64,000 nt of DNA, taken from positions 96,001 to 160,000 of the forward strand of contig JBBILD010000007.1 of assembly GCA_037445065.1 (NCBI GenBank), in the 5' to 3' direction. This document shows, one piece after another, positions 31,068 through 41,427 of this stretch (position 1 is its first letter; each line of letters begins with the position of its first letter). This stretch comes from Myxococcales bacterium (GTDB lineage: Bacteria; Desulfobacterota; Binatia; HRBIN30). The notes under the pieces were generated by a model. That model made no database searches and had not been told where the DNA came from. It saw nothing but the letters and a program-made list of their open reading frames with translations. Both the position numbers and the translations under genes were made by a program.

Positions 31068-32909
31068 ATGACAAAGCGGACCCTAGCGCTGCGTAGAGTC
31101 GTGCAGCGGCGGCCGCGGGCGGTGGCCGAGCGGCGGCGGGCGAAGGCGGCACGAGCAGCCATTGACCCGGTGACAGCCGAAATCATCCGCGGCGCCATGG
31201 AGACGATTTGTTACGAGATGGCTACACACGTGAGCCTCACCGCCACCACCCCGATCCTCAACCAGTCGAACGAGCGTAATGCCACGATCCTCGACGCCCG
31301 CGGATCGCTCGCTGCGCTCAGTGTCGGGATTCCGCAGTTCATGTTGAGTTCCACCTTGCCGGTACGCTTTGCCTTGGAGTTTTTCGGTCCGGATGGATTG
31401 TACGATGGTGATGTGCTGGTGGCGAACGACCCCTACCATGGAGGGGGGCACTTGCCGGACTACAACGTGTTCGCCCCAGTGTTCCACCAGGGCGAGATGG
31501 TGCTGATCGCTTCCATTCAGTGCCACCACGCCGATACCGGCGGCGCCATGCCCGGCGGGTACAACGTGGACGCCCGCGATATCTGGGCCGAAGGAGTCCG
31601 CTTCCCGGCGGTCAAGGTGTACGAGCGCGGCCAGGAGCGGCGGGACGTGATTTACATGATGAAGGTCAATAACCGCACCCCCACGTTCTTGGGCGACCTG
31701 CGCGCGCAGATTGGCGCCGCGCAACTCGGGGTACGCCGGTTGAAGGAGGTATTGCAACGATACGGGACTAAAACGGTGCGCGCCGCTGTAGAGTACATGA
31801 TCGACTATGCAGCGCGCCGCTTTCGCGAAGAGGTCTCACGCTGGCCGGACGGAGTGTACGAGTCGGACGTGTACGTGGACCACGACCCGAAGGGCAACCC
31901 CGACATTCATATCCACTGCAAGGTCACCATTCAGGGCAGCGATCTCACCATTGACTTCACCGGTTCCGATATGCGCGACAATCTGCAAGCCTACTCCACC
32001 TTCGGGAACACTCGGGGCTACGTGGTGGCGCAGCTTGCCAGTATAATGGATCCGACCATCCCGAAGAACGAAGGATTTTTTAACTCCATCCGTTTGATCG
32101 TCCCTCCCGGATGTTGCTTGAACCCGCCGCCGGATCGTTCGGTGGCCGCTGGGACCCATCATCCCGGCACCGAGGTGGGCGAGGCAATCGCAAAGGCGCT
32201 GGAGCAGGTGATCCCCGAGCGTTGCTGCCCGCAGATTTACAAAATGGGCATGCCCACTGTGATTTTCGGCAAAAACCCCAAGACGGGGCAATTATTCATT
32301 GATCACTCGGTGGACACATTCGCTTCCTACTGCGGTGCCGTGTACGGCCAGGACGGCTGGGGTGCCATGAACGTGAGCTTCGGGAACCTGATCCGCGCGA
32401 CTGCAGAAATCAACGAGAGCATTTTCCCAGTGCGGCATTGGTCGCGTGACTACGCCACGGACACGGGGGGCCCGGGGAGGTGGCGCGGCTGCCCTGGGTC
32501 GCTCTACGTCAAGGAAATCTGCGCGCCGGCTCAGGTGTACACGTACGTTGTAGGCCGCAAATACCCGGTCCCCGGCATCGCTGGCGGCAAGCCGGGTGCC
32601 CCCAACCGATTGATCGTGCGGGCGGGAGGGCCGCACGCCTTCGAGGTGGAGACCACCGCCTTTTACGTCGAGCACCAGCCCGGCGAACGCTACGAATATC
32701 GCTACGGTGGGGGCGGAGGTTGGGGAGACCCGCTCGAACGTGACCCGGCAAAGGTGCTGGAAGACGTGTTGGATGAGTACGTGTCGGTAGAAGGGGCCCG
32801 CCGGGACTATGGGGTGGTGCTGCGCGGCTCGCTCGAAGACCTCAGCTTGGCCGTGGACTGGGAGGCCACCGAGGCCTTGCGCGCGCAACTGCGCGCCGCA
32901 CGCGCGTAG
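31068..32909 (+). CDS. hyuB: Hydantoinase B / oxoprolinase family protein
   Basis: NDPYHGGGHLPD, HHADTGG..PGG, DFTGS, DTGGPGRWRG, GGGGGWGDPLER. Confidence 0.9.
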   Translation: MTKRTLALRRVVQRRPRAVAERRRAKAARAAIDPVTAEIIRGAMETICYEMATHVSLTATTPILNQSNERNATILDARGSLAALSVGIPQFMLSSTLPVRFALEFFGPDGLYDGDVLVANDPYHGGGHLPDYNVFAPVFHQGEMVLIASIQCHHADTGGAMPGGYNVDARDIWAEGVRFPAVKVYERGQERRDVIYMMKVNNRTPTFLGDLRAQIGAAQLGVRRLKEVLQRYGTKTVRAAVEYMIDYAARRFREEVSRWPDGVYESDVYVDHDPKGNPDIHIHCKVTIQGSDLTIDFTGSDMRDNLQAYSTFGNTRGYVVAQLASIMDPTIPKNEGFFNSIRLIVPPGCCLNPPPDRSVAAGTHHPGTEVGEAIAKALEQVIPERCCPQIYKMGMPTVIFGKNPKTGQLFIDHSVDTFASYCGAVYGQDGWGAMNVSFGNLIRATAEINESIFPVRHWSRDYATDTGGPGRWRGCPGSLYVKEICAPAQVYTYVVGRKYPVPGIAGGKPGAPNRLIVRAGGPHAFEVETTAFYVEHQPGERYEYRYGGGGGWGDPLERDPAKVLEDVLDEYVSVEGARRDYGVVLRGSLEDLSLAVDWEATEALRAQLRAARA

Positions 32910-32920
32910 GAGCATAAGCC

Positions 32921-34990
32921 ATGGCACGCCGCAGGGCATCCTATCGCGTTGGGATTGACGTGGGGGGCACCTTCACCGATTTCGTGCTGCTGCGTCCGGA
33001 CGGCACCTTGCGCATCGCGAAATCGCCCACCACGCCGAAGGACCAGGCCGAGGGCATCCTGCAAGGCTTGGCCGCGATTGCCAGCGAGGAGGGGATGCCC
33101 TTGGCCGAATTCTTGACCCGTGTCGAGCGCATCGTGCACGGCACCACGGTTGCCGATAACACCATGATCGAGATGAACGGCGCCGTCACCGGTCTCATCA
33201 CGAGCGCCGGCCATCGTGACGAAATCGAACTGCGCCGCGGGTTCAAGGAAGACATTTGGGACCCCGCTCTGCCGCCTCCTCCAGCGATTGCGCCCCGACG
33301 GCGCCGCATCGGCGTCGCGGAGCGCCTCGACTACGAAGGCAACGTTCTGGTGCCCTTGGACGAAGACGATGTGCGGCGCGCACTCCGTCGCTTGCGAGCC
33401 CTGGGCACGGAATCGCTGGCTGTTGTCTTCCTGTTCTCCTTCGTAAATCCGCAGCACGAACAGCGTGTCCGTGAGATCGCCGCAGAAGAGTGCCCCGACA
33501 TGGCGGTTTGGCTCTCGCACGAGGTGCTGCCGGCTGCACCGGAGTTCGAGCGCACGAGCACCACCCTGGTCAATGCCTATGTGGGGCCGCGCATCGAAAA
33601 CTACCTGGTGGGCCTCGGCCGTGCCCTCGATGAACTGGGCTACCGCGGCAAACTACTGGTCATGCAGTCGAACGGCGGCATGATGCCGGTTCCGTACGTA
33701 CTGCGCCGGCCGGTGACACTGCTCAGCTCCGGACCCACGGGCGGGGTCATTGGCGCGTGTCAGGTGGCGCGGCTGGCTGGCCTCCAAGATTTTATTTGCG
33801 CGGACATGGGCGGCACGAGCTACGACGTATGCTTGGTGCGCGGAGCAGAACCGGAGATCAAAGCGGGCTGGAACTGGCACCATCGTTACTTGATTGCCCT
33901 GCCCATGGTGCAGGTACAGTCCATCGGCGCTGGTGGCGGGTCGCTCGCACGGGTTGTCGGCGGGACTTTGCAGGTGGGGCCGCAAAGCGCGGGCGCCGAC
34001 CCGGGCCCGATTTGCTACGGGCGCGGCGGAACGGTCGTGACCGTCACCGATGCCAACTTGTTCCTGGGCTATCTCGGTGCGGAAAGCTTTTGTGGTGGGC
34101 GCATGCGGCTCCAGCCAGAAGGGGTCGCAGAGGCGCTGGGGGAGCAGGTGGCGCGACCGCTGGGTCTCTCGATCGAGGAAGCAGCGCACGGAATCTATCG
34201 CCTGGTAAACGCCAACATGGCGAATGCGATCCGCCGCATTTCCGCGCAACGGGGAATTGATCCGCGCGGCTTGACGCTGGTGAGCTTCGGGGGCAATGGG
34301 CCGGTCCACGCCACCGCCCAGGCACGCGAGCTGGGAATTCGCCAGGTGTTCGTGCCTCGCTTGGCACCTGCGTTCTCTGCCTTAGGGCTGCTCATGGCGG
34401 ACCAACTCGTGGACGAAATACGTTCCTACATCGTTCGTACCGACGAGGCCGATTTGAGCCGCATCCGCGCCCTGTTCGCGGAAATGGAAGAGGCGGCTTT
34501 GCGAGTTCTGGAAAATGGCACCGCGCGCCGCTTCGAGCGCCGCCGCTTTTTGCACATGTGTTACCCGGGCCAAACCTTCGACATCGCCGTGCCGGTGGTG
34601 GGGCGTGGAACGGAGCTGAGCGAACGCGAGTACCGCGCCACGGTGGAGCGCTTCCACGACCTGCACGAGGCGCTCCACACGTACGCGGTGCGCGACGAGC
34701 GCCCAATTTTGCGGGCGCTGCGCTTGAGTGCGGTCGGCGTGATCGAAAAGCCGCGCTTCGCAGAACTCGCCCGTACTCGTTCTTCGCCGAAACCGAAGGG
34801 GCGCCGCCGCGCCTTTTTCGGCGGTGGTTTCCGCTCGGTGCCGGTTTTCGACGGCGCATCGCTCGGCCACGGGCAGCGAATCGAGGGACCGGGAATTATC
34901 GAGGAAGCCTTTACAACAGTGGTTTTGCAACCGGGCGACCGTTGCCGAGTGGACCACTGGGGCAACTACTGGATCGAGGTCGGGAGCTGA
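32921..34990 (+). CDS. hyuA: Hydantoinase A / oxoprolinase family protein (ATP-binding subunit)
   Basis: GIDVGGTFTD, HGTTVADN, EFERTSTTLVNAY, SGPTGG, DMGGTSYD, IGAGGGS, SAGADPGPICYGRGG. Confidence 0.92.
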   Translation: MARRRASYRVGIDVGGTFTDFVLLRPDGTLRIAKSPTTPKDQAEGILQGLAAIASEEGMPLAEFLTRVERIVHGTTVADNTMIEMNGAVTGLITSAGHRDEIELRRGFKEDIWDPALPPPPAIAPRRRRIGVAERLDYEGNVLVPLDEDDVRRALRRLRALGTESLAVVFLFSFVNPQHEQRVREIAAEECPDMAVWLSHEVLPAAPEFERTSTTLVNAYVGPRIENYLVGLGRALDELGYRGKLLVMQSNGGMMPVPYVLRRPVTLLSSGPTGGVIGACQVARLAGLQDFICADMGGTSYDVCLVRGAEPEIKAGWNWHHRYLIALPMVQVQSIGAGGGSLARVVGGTLQVGPQSAGADPGPICYGRGGTVVTVTDANLFLGYLGAESFCGGRMRLQPEGVAEALGEQVARPLGLSIEEAAHGIYRLVNANMANAIRRISAQRGIDPRGLTLVSFGGNGPVHATAQARELGIRQVFVPRLAPAFSALGLLMADQLVDEIRSYIVRTDEADLSRIRALFAEMEEAALRVLENGTARRFERRRFLHMCYPGQTFDIAVPVVGRGTELSEREYRATVERFHDLHEALHTYAVRDERPILRALRLSAVGVIEKPRFAELARTRSSPKPKGRRRAFFGGGFRSVPVFDGASLGHGQRIEGPGIIEEAFTTVVLQPGDRCRVDHWGNYWIEVGS

Positions 34991-36159
34991 GTGCGGAAGC
35001 GCTGCCTCTGACTCAGGATGAGCCCAGCCCCGGCGACCGCCAGCGAGCCCACGGCCGTGTACATGGTTCGGTAACCGAAGTGCTCGGCGATGGACCCGAG
35101 TGCGGGGTTTCCCAGCGAGTGGCCGACGTCGAACATGGCAGTGAACCAACTCACTGCACGGCCCCGCCGCCCGCCAGCGAGATCCACCACCAGCGCGGCC
35201 AAAATGGGGAACGCGTACCCATGGCCGATGCCGGCGAGTACCCCGGCCCACAGGCGCAGCTCGCCCTCCACCCTTGGGATACACAGCAAGGCAACCCCGT
35301 AAACGAGAAAGGCGGCGGTGAGTACCGGTAGCCGGCCGACTCGATCGGGTAGGTTGCTACTGATCACACGCACGGCCACAGCTGCAAAGGCATATGCGAA
35401 GAACACTTGGCCTGCGCCTCCGCCGGCGACGGTGGCGAGAAAGGGTGCCAGAAACGTGAAGACACTGGCCTCTGCGACCCCGAACACGAGCGTGAGTCCG
35501 AGCAGCAAAACGAAGCTGCGCCCAAAGCGCTTGCCTGCGCTTTCTCGAGGGGCCGTAGGATCGGCGCTCCGGTGGCGCTCCGGGAGCGCACGAGCGATCG
35601 CACCACTGGCCAGCGCGAAGGCGGCTGCAACCGAAAAGTACGCTGCAAAGCCTCCCTCGCGTTGTAGCCACTCGCCGATTAACGGCCCGAGCCCGTTCGC
35701 AGTCATGCCCCACACTCCAAACCAGGCAAGCCCCTGTGCGCGGCGAGTCACCGGGATGATGTCCGACGCGAAGGTCACAAAACTCGTGAACATCGCACCA
35801 ATGCACATGGTGTTGATTACGACGAGTAGGGCACACCACAGGCCAAGGTCCTGGACGCTCAGGAAGCCGAGAGAACTCGCTGCGTGCAAGCCAGTGGCGA
35901 GAAACATCACGGGCTTGCGGCCAATGCGGTCGAGCAGCACACCGAGCGGCCACCGGATGGCCACCGCAGCGACCGCTCCAAGCCCAGCATAGAAGCCAAT
36001 GGTGACCTCGCTGCCGCCCAGGCTGCGCACGAAGAGCGGGAACAAGATGTACATGGCGCAGGCCAGGGAGCCGGTAAGCTGCATGGCACAGGCGAGCACA
36101 AAGGTGCGGCTGAACAGAGGCGGATCGAGGAGCGAACCTTGGGCACTCGGCTGCTTCAT
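34966..36159 (-). CDS. MFS transporter
   Basis: About 12 hydrophobic segments; GVLLDRIGRK and DRVGR motif A. Confidence 0.85.
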   Translation of the reverse strand: MKQPSAQGSLLDPPLFSRTFVLACAMQLTGSLACAMYILFPLFVRSLGGSEVTIGFYAGLGAVAAVAIRWPLGVLLDRIGRKPVMFLATGLHAASSLGFLSVQDLGLWCALLVVINTMCIGAMFTSFVTFASDIIPVTRRAQGLAWFGVWGMTANGLGPLIGEWLQREGGFAAYFSVAAAFALASGAIARALPERHRSADPTAPRESAGKRFGRSFVLLLGLTLVFGVAEASVFTFLAPFLATVAGGGAGQVFFAYAFAAVAVRVISSNLPDRVGRLPVLTAAFLVYGVALLCIPRVEGELRLWAGVLAGIGHGYAFPILAALVVDLAGGRRGRAVSWFTAMFDVGHSLGNPALGSIAEHFGYRTMYTAVGSLAVAGAGLILSQRQRFRTQLPTSIQ

Positions 36160-36207
36160 CGTAGCTCCGCCCTTCCGCTGCGGCGAAAACGCGGGTTCAG
36201 CCGTGGG

Positions 36208-37119
36208 TCAGGCGGCACGGCCAGTGGCGTGGCGTTCGTTTGCTTCGGCCGCTTGTGCGGCAAGCGGCGCCTGAACGGGAGCGGGCTCTTCCGCCCACTG
36301 GATACGCCGGTAGTCGAAGCCAGATGCGGTGGCGTGGTTGAATTTGACAATGTCGAAGTACGGCGAGAGATCGAAGTCGCGCGGTGTCACGAGCGCTGGA
36401 TCCTCGCGATGGTAGACGGCCCGAAACGGCTCGCGCCGCCTGGCCCAGCGCTGCCACCACCTAGGCTTTGCTGCCTCGTCTAGGGTGACCCGAGGCACGA
36501 TTGGAAAGCCGACCGCAGAAAAGGCCCTGGCCAGCATGGTCGTACAAATCACCGCCGAAGGCTCGCCCCCATACCGCAGGGCCGCCCGGCGAAAGCGGCG
36601 CGGAATCAAGCTCACAGGGAAAAAGTAACGGGCCAACTCGAGCACATGCCGGACATTGTACGGCTTGCCGATTTGCGCGGTCACGTCCGCCAAAACCCGG
36701 TCCAAGTCTTCGCGCCGCAGGCCGCGCGGACGACACACACGAAGGTTGTGGCGCAAGTACTTGGTGACGGGGTTGCATACCACTCCGTCCTCCAGTGCTT
36801 CGATCAGCAGGTAGCGAGCCTCCTCACCGAGGCGTTCGCGGAGTTCCGCCGCTAATTCCGGGCGGAAGCGACGCAGTTCGTCGCCGATGTACAGAGCAGC
36901 ATGCGACCAAGAACTCTGCGTGAGATAGCGGATCACCTGGCTGATGCGCTGGTCACCCTCGACCAGAATCACATCCCCGGGCCGTAAGTTCGCGCGTAAA
37001 GCGGAGGCGTCGTTCGGGATGCGCAGCTCGTAGCTGCGCCGCGGTCTGCAGAGCACGCGGATCATTGCCGCGATCACGCGCTGGCGGATCGGATCGGTAA
37101 GGCGCTGCCAGAGCTTCAT
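36208..37119 (-). CDS. Permuted papain-like amidase (YiiX/YaeF-type NlpC/P60)
   Basis: LRPGDVILVEG..ISQVIRYLTQSSWSHAALYIG; His before Cys (VICTT); TPRDFDLSPYF. Confidence 0.82.
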   Translation of the reverse strand: MKLWQRLTDPIRQRVIAAMIRVLCRPRRSYELRIPNDASALRANLRPGDVILVEGDQRISQVIRYLTQSSWSHAALYIGDELRRFRPELAAELRERLGEEARYLLIEALEDGVVCNPVTKYLRHNLRVCRPRGLRREDLDRVLADVTAQIGKPYNVRHVLELARYFFPVSLIPRRFRRAALRYGGEPSAVICTTMLARAFSAVGFPIVPRVTLDEAAKPRWWQRWARRREPFRAVYHREDPALVTPRDFDLSPYFDIVKFNHATASGFDYRRIQWAEEPAPVQAPLAAQAAEANERHATGRAA

Positions 37120-37219
37120 GGGTTCTCTTTCTTCAACCTGCCTTTACCGGTATGGGAAAGCGGTCCGTTTCGCAATGGAATTGTGAGCGAAAAGCCATCG
37201 GGACGAGGAGGCAATTAGA

Positions 37220-38101
37220 ATGGAACTCGGACGGGTCGGGATTTGGACCTTTGCGCTCGACATGCAACCGGCAAGCAAAGCCCAAGAGGCAGCAGCCGAA
37301 ATTGAAGCGCTGGGCTACGGGGCCATTTGGATCCCAGAGGCAATGGGCCGAGAGGCCATTGCCAATGCGGCGATCTTGCTCGCCGCCACCCGGCGCATCT
37401 CTGTGGCCACTGGCATCGCTTCGATTTGGGCGCGCGATGCAATGGCTGCCGCGGGCGCCCAAAAGACGCTGTGTGAAGCGTACGGCGGGCGTTTCTTGTT
37501 GGGATTGGGGGTGAGCCACGCGCCCATGGTGAGCGTACGCGGGCACCAGTACGAGCAGCCGGTCGCTGCCATGGAGCGCTACCTGAATGCCATGGACTCG
37601 GCGCCGTTTATGTCCGTGGCCCCCGCCGAACCACCACGGCGCGTCCTCGCTGCCTTGCATCCCAAGATGCTCGAACTGGCCCGCACCCGTGCTGACGGAT
37701 CCCACACCTACTGCGTGCCGACCGAGCATACCGCCTGGGCGCGGGAGCGGTTGGGGCCAGACAAGATTCTGGCGGTGGAACAAACGGCCGTGCTCGAAAC
37801 CAAGGCGGAGCGAGCGCGCGAAATCGGCCGCCGTTTCCTCGCCGTTTACCTCGGTCTGCCGAACTATGCCCGCAACCTGCACCGCTTCGGCTTTACGGAC
37901 GACGATCTCGCCAACGGCGGCAGCGACCGCTTGGTGGATGCCTTGGTGGTATGGGGACACGAAGAGGCGATCCGCAAGCGCGTGCGCGAACACCTGGACG
38001 CAGGCGCAAGCCACGTCTGCGTGCAGGTGCTGGATCCCGACCCCCGTGCCTTGCCGTTGCCTCAGTGGCGGCGTTTGGCTCCCGCATTGTTAGCGTGCTG
38101 A
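37220..38101 (+). CDS. LLM-class, probably F420-dependent oxidoreductase
   Basis: LGRVGIW, ELGYGAIW-like, VATGIASIWAR, RFLLGLGVSH, SDRLVDALVVWG, HLDAGASHVCVQ. Confidence 0.85.
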   Translation: MELGRVGIWTFALDMQPASKAQEAAAEIEALGYGAIWIPEAMGREAIANAAILLAATRRISVATGIASIWARDAMAAAGAQKTLCEAYGGRFLLGLGVSHAPMVSVRGHQYEQPVAAMERYLNAMDSAPFMSVAPAEPPRRVLAALHPKMLELARTRADGSHTYCVPTEHTAWARERLGPDKILAVEQTAVLETKAERAREIGRRFLAVYLGLPNYARNLHRFGFTDDDLANGGSDRLVDALVVWGHEEAIRKRVREHLDAGASHVCVQVLDPDPRALPLPQWRRLAPALLAC

Positions 38102-38293
38102 CTGCGGTCGCGGCCGACTCGGAGCAAAGTAGTGCCGGCCGAGCACTGGCAGGAGATACAAGCTCGCTCGCGAGAAGTGACAGCAAGCGACAGGTTCTTG
38201 CTTGACAAAGGCGGGTGGCCAAGCTCTAGTCGCCAACGTACCGCCTCCACCGGAGCTACGCAGTCTGGCGGAACCAATTGTGAGAGGGAGCCC

Positions 38294-39607
38294 ATGAGAC
38301 GACCGAACCGCCCAGTATTTTGGATCACTGCCGCCGTGGCGCTTGCCATCGCCGCCGCCGCACCCGCGGCTACATGGCGAGTGGCTGCGAACGGCGCAGA
38401 CAGCGGCGGTTGCGGCTCGACCGCTACACCCTGCCGTACGATTTCTCAAGCGATCTTCAACGCCAACCCGGGAGACACGATTCTCATCGGACCGGGGGTT
38501 TACGGAGACGTGAACGCCGACGGAGACCTCAATGATCCAGGGGAGGAAAACTCCGGTGTGCCGGGTAAGATGATCGTCATCGCCGAGGCGTTGACCATTG
38601 TCTCGCGCGATGGGGCCGGATCCACCGTGATCCGCGGTGTGCCGTCGGCGGTGACGGTGTCGATCCAGGCAAGCAACGTGGCTTTCGGAAAGAAAGGCAG
38701 GGGCTTCACCGTTCGCGGCGGCGCGGGCAGCGTGGGCATCGAGATCACACCGGGGCAGAGTGCAGTGAGTCTGATGGGCAACGTGGTGGACGGTCACCCG
38801 AACGGTTTGGGTCTGATTGACGGCAGCGGGCACCAGATTCGCAACAATTGGTGGACGACGGGATTCCTGCAGTTGCTGGGCTCCAACATCTCTGTGCGAG
38901 ACAACTTGTTCATCGGGGCGGGTTTGGTTTTGCAAAGTGCTGCGAGCACAGTGACGGTGGATCGAAACCAGGTGCAGCGCAGCACCGGGGTGGGGATAGA
39001 CGTCCAAGGTACCAACCACCTGGTGCGGCGGAACGTGGTGGCCATGGGGTTGTCAGGTGCCGGCTTTCGCTGCCAGGGCACGTGCAGTTCGGTGCGGTTC
39101 CAGGACAACATCGCGCGCCGCAACAACGGGCACGGGTTCGAGATCCTTGCTGGTGCGGGCCAGGTTTTGCAGGGCAATCTCGCTTCCGGCAACGCGAGTT
39201 CGGGGTTTTACGTGAACCTTGCCACGGCAGCGGCAGTGACGTTGACCAAGAACACCGCGGTAAATAACGGTGCGGCCGGCTTTACGTTCTTGGGTGCCAG
39301 CGACAACGTCAACTTGCCATCGCTCAGCAATTGCGTCTCGGTGGGCAATCAAGGCGATGGAATCCAAGTTGCGGGCTATCTGCTCGTTCAACGCTGCAAT
39401 ATCTACGGCAACGTCGGCAGCGGCTTCAGTTGCGGGGTCAACAAGACCTCCAATTTCGGTAGCGTGGTGGCGCAGCAGAACTACTGGGGTGCCGCGAGCG
39501 GTCCGGGGCCGGATCCGGCGGATCAGCTTTGCGGACAGACATCGTTGATTGACGCGAGCAATCCCGCCGCGAGCGAAATCGGGGTAGGGGTGCTGCGCAA
39601 CCCTTGA
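38294..39607 (+). CDS. Secreted right-handed parallel beta-helix protein
   Basis: Signal peptide; PCRTISQAI..A.PGDTILIGPGVY; Asn-ladder repeats; NYWG. Confidence 0.8.
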   Translation: MRRPNRPVFWITAAVALAIAAAAPAATWRVAANGADSGGCGSTATPCRTISQAIFNANPGDTILIGPGVYGDVNADGDLNDPGEENSGVPGKMIVIAEALTIVSRDGAGSTVIRGVPSAVTVSIQASNVAFGKKGRGFTVRGGAGSVGIEITPGQSAVSLMGNVVDGHPNGLGLIDGSGHQIRNNWWTTGFLQLLGSNISVRDNLFIGAGLVLQSAASTVTVDRNQVQRSTGVGIDVQGTNHLVRRNVVAMGLSGAGFRCQGTCSSVRFQDNIARRNNGHGFEILAGAGQVLQGNLASGNASSGFYVNLATAAAVTLTKNTAVNNGAAGFTFLGASDNVNLPSLSNCVSVGNQGDGIQVAGYLLVQRCNIYGNVGSGFSCGVNKTSNFGSVVAQQNYWGAASGPGPDPADQLCGQTSLIDASNPAASEIGVGVLRNP

Positions 39608-39659
39608 TTGCGGGAGGCACGCGGCAAGCGTCGCGTGGGGGCCGCACGGTGTTGCACGC

Positions 39660-41399
39660 TCAGAGGTCGAGGAGTGTTTCGCGCCCCGTGGCGGTAAAGC
39701 GCGCGCACAGCGCATCGTAATTGGCGCGCGAGAAGGGTTCGAAGGTGAGTTCTCGCCCCGGGCGCCAGTAAATCGGGTCCGGGCAGCGATCGGGCCGGAA
39801 TTTTTGCCAGCGGAGTTGGTTTTTCAGCACCTTGCTCGTCGCCGTTTGGGGGAGTTCGGTGGCGATTCGCACGTACGTCGGCAGCCACTTGGGGGACAGG
39901 TCGCGCTGGCCGGCTAAAAACGACGCAAACTCGCGTGTTTCGAAGCGGGCTTCACTGCGCAAGACGAGGGCCGCCATCACGCGGTCGCCCCCGTCTGGGT
40001 CCGGCACTCCATACACCGCCGCAAGCACGACGTCGGGATGCCTCTGCAGAATCTCTTCCACGGGGCGGGCCAAGAAATTCTCTCCATCGACACGCAGCCA
40101 TTCATTCGATCGGCCCACAAAATAAAGGTAGCCGCGCTCGTCCTTGTACCCGAGATCACCACTCCAGTACCAGCCGAAGCGGGTCCGTTCCTGCACCGCG
40201 GCTTCGTTCTTGTAGTACCCCTCGAACCAACCTGTTCCGAGGGTGTTGACGATTTCCCCGATGCACTCTTCCGCATTCAGAAGGCGGCCGTCAGAACCGA
40301 ACCGCGCCGGGGGTTTCTCCCGCCCGTGCTCGTCCACCACGGCGATGCCGAAGGCAGCGAGGCCGACGGACCCAGGCGGGTCACCGGGCTGCCGCGTGAC
40401 TCCCAGGCCTCCCTCGCTCGCCCCGAATACGTCAATGACCCTGCACCCGAACCTCTCCTCGAACTCGCTCGCTACCTTGGCCGAACCCTCGTTGCCAAAA
40501 CAAATCCGCAGCGGATTGTCCGCGTCATCGGGGCGGCGTGGGGTGGAGAGAATGTAGGCAAGGGGTTTCCCAGTATAATTGAAGTACGTCGCGCGGTAAC
40601 GGCGAATGTCGGCGAGCCAGCGGCTCTTGGAGAACTTGCGTGCGAAGGCCACCGGCACGCCAGCGGCGAGCGCGGGTAGGAAGCCGCACATCACGGCGTT
40701 GGCGTGAAACAGCGGCATGGCTACGTAGCCGCAGTCTCCCGCGCGAAGCTCGTAAACGTTGGTCGCGATGTTGAAGGCCGTTTCCACCAGGCGCCGGTGG
40801 CTGCAACAGACGGCTTTCGGGGCAGTAACGGTGCCGCTGGTGAAAATCAGCATGGCGAGGTCCCCCTCGTGCACGCTGACCCGCGGAGCTGGCTCGCCTT
40901 CGAATCGGCGCAGTTCGCGAGCGATGTCGCGGCCGAGCCCTGCTTGCCGCACAGGCGGTGCCTGGGATGTGGGTTCCACTTCATCCCAGCGGCTCGTTAC
41001 CAACAAGCAGGAGTCTGCGACGCCGCAACTTCTCCAGCACTCTTCCAGCAGGGGCTGGTACTTGGTTTCGACCACTAGAAGCGTGCAATCGGTGTGCGCA
41101 ATGTCACGCGCGAGGTGTTCCCCTCGCTTCGTATGATTGATCCCCACGGCTGCGGCGCCGGCGAGCCAGGCCCCGCCGAGGGCAAAGGCGTAGTCGGGGG
41201 TATTGTCGAGCAAAATGCCGACGTGGAAGGGACGTGCCATGCCCGCCGTCGTGCGCAGGCTACGGAACAGTTCCGCCCAGCGAGCGCATTCTTGGTAGTA
41301 CTCCCCGAAGCTGCACTGCCACGAAGCGAAGCGCAGAAAGGGGAGGTCACGCGTCGCTGGGTCCGTGCCGCGCAATCGGATCAGCTCGGCAAGCGTCAC
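39660..41399 (-). CDS. AMP-binding acyl-CoA synthetase (FadD-like)
   Basis: LIFTSGTVTAPKAV, MPLFHANA, FGASEG, YWSGDLGY, RVDGENF. Confidence 0.9.
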   Translation of the reverse strand: MTLAELIRLRGTDPATRDLPFLRFASWQCSFGEYYQECARWAELFRSLRTTAGMARPFHVGILLDNTPDYAFALGGAWLAGAAAVGINHTKRGEHLARDIAHTDCTLLVVETKYQPLLEECWRSCGVADSCLLVTSRWDEVEPTSQAPPVRQAGLGRDIARELRRFEGEPAPRVSVHEGDLAMLIFTSGTVTAPKAVCCSHRRLVETAFNIATNVYELRAGDCGYVAMPLFHANAVMCGFLPALAAGVPVAFARKFSKSRWLADIRRYRATYFNYTGKPLAYILSTPRRPDDADNPLRICFGNEGSAKVASEFEERFGCRVIDVFGASEGGLGVTRQPGDPPGSVGLAAFGIAVVDEHGREKPPARFGSDGRLLNAEECIGEIVNTLGTGWFEGYYKNEAAVQERTRFGWYWSGDLGYKDERGYLYFVGRSNEWLRVDGENFLARPVEEILQRHPDVVLAAVYGVPDPDGGDRVMAALVLRSEARFETREFASFLAGQRDLSPKWLPTYVRIATELPQTATSKVLKNQLRWQKFRPDRCPDPIYWRPGRELTFEPFSRANYDALCARFTATGRETLLDL

Positions 41400-41427
41400 G
41401 TTGCCTCCCGCAGGTGAGGGTTTGGGC

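Noticed and set aside
31068..34990. Acetone or acetophenone carboxylase assignment
   Set aside because: The additional subunits are absent from the locus; only a family-level call is justified
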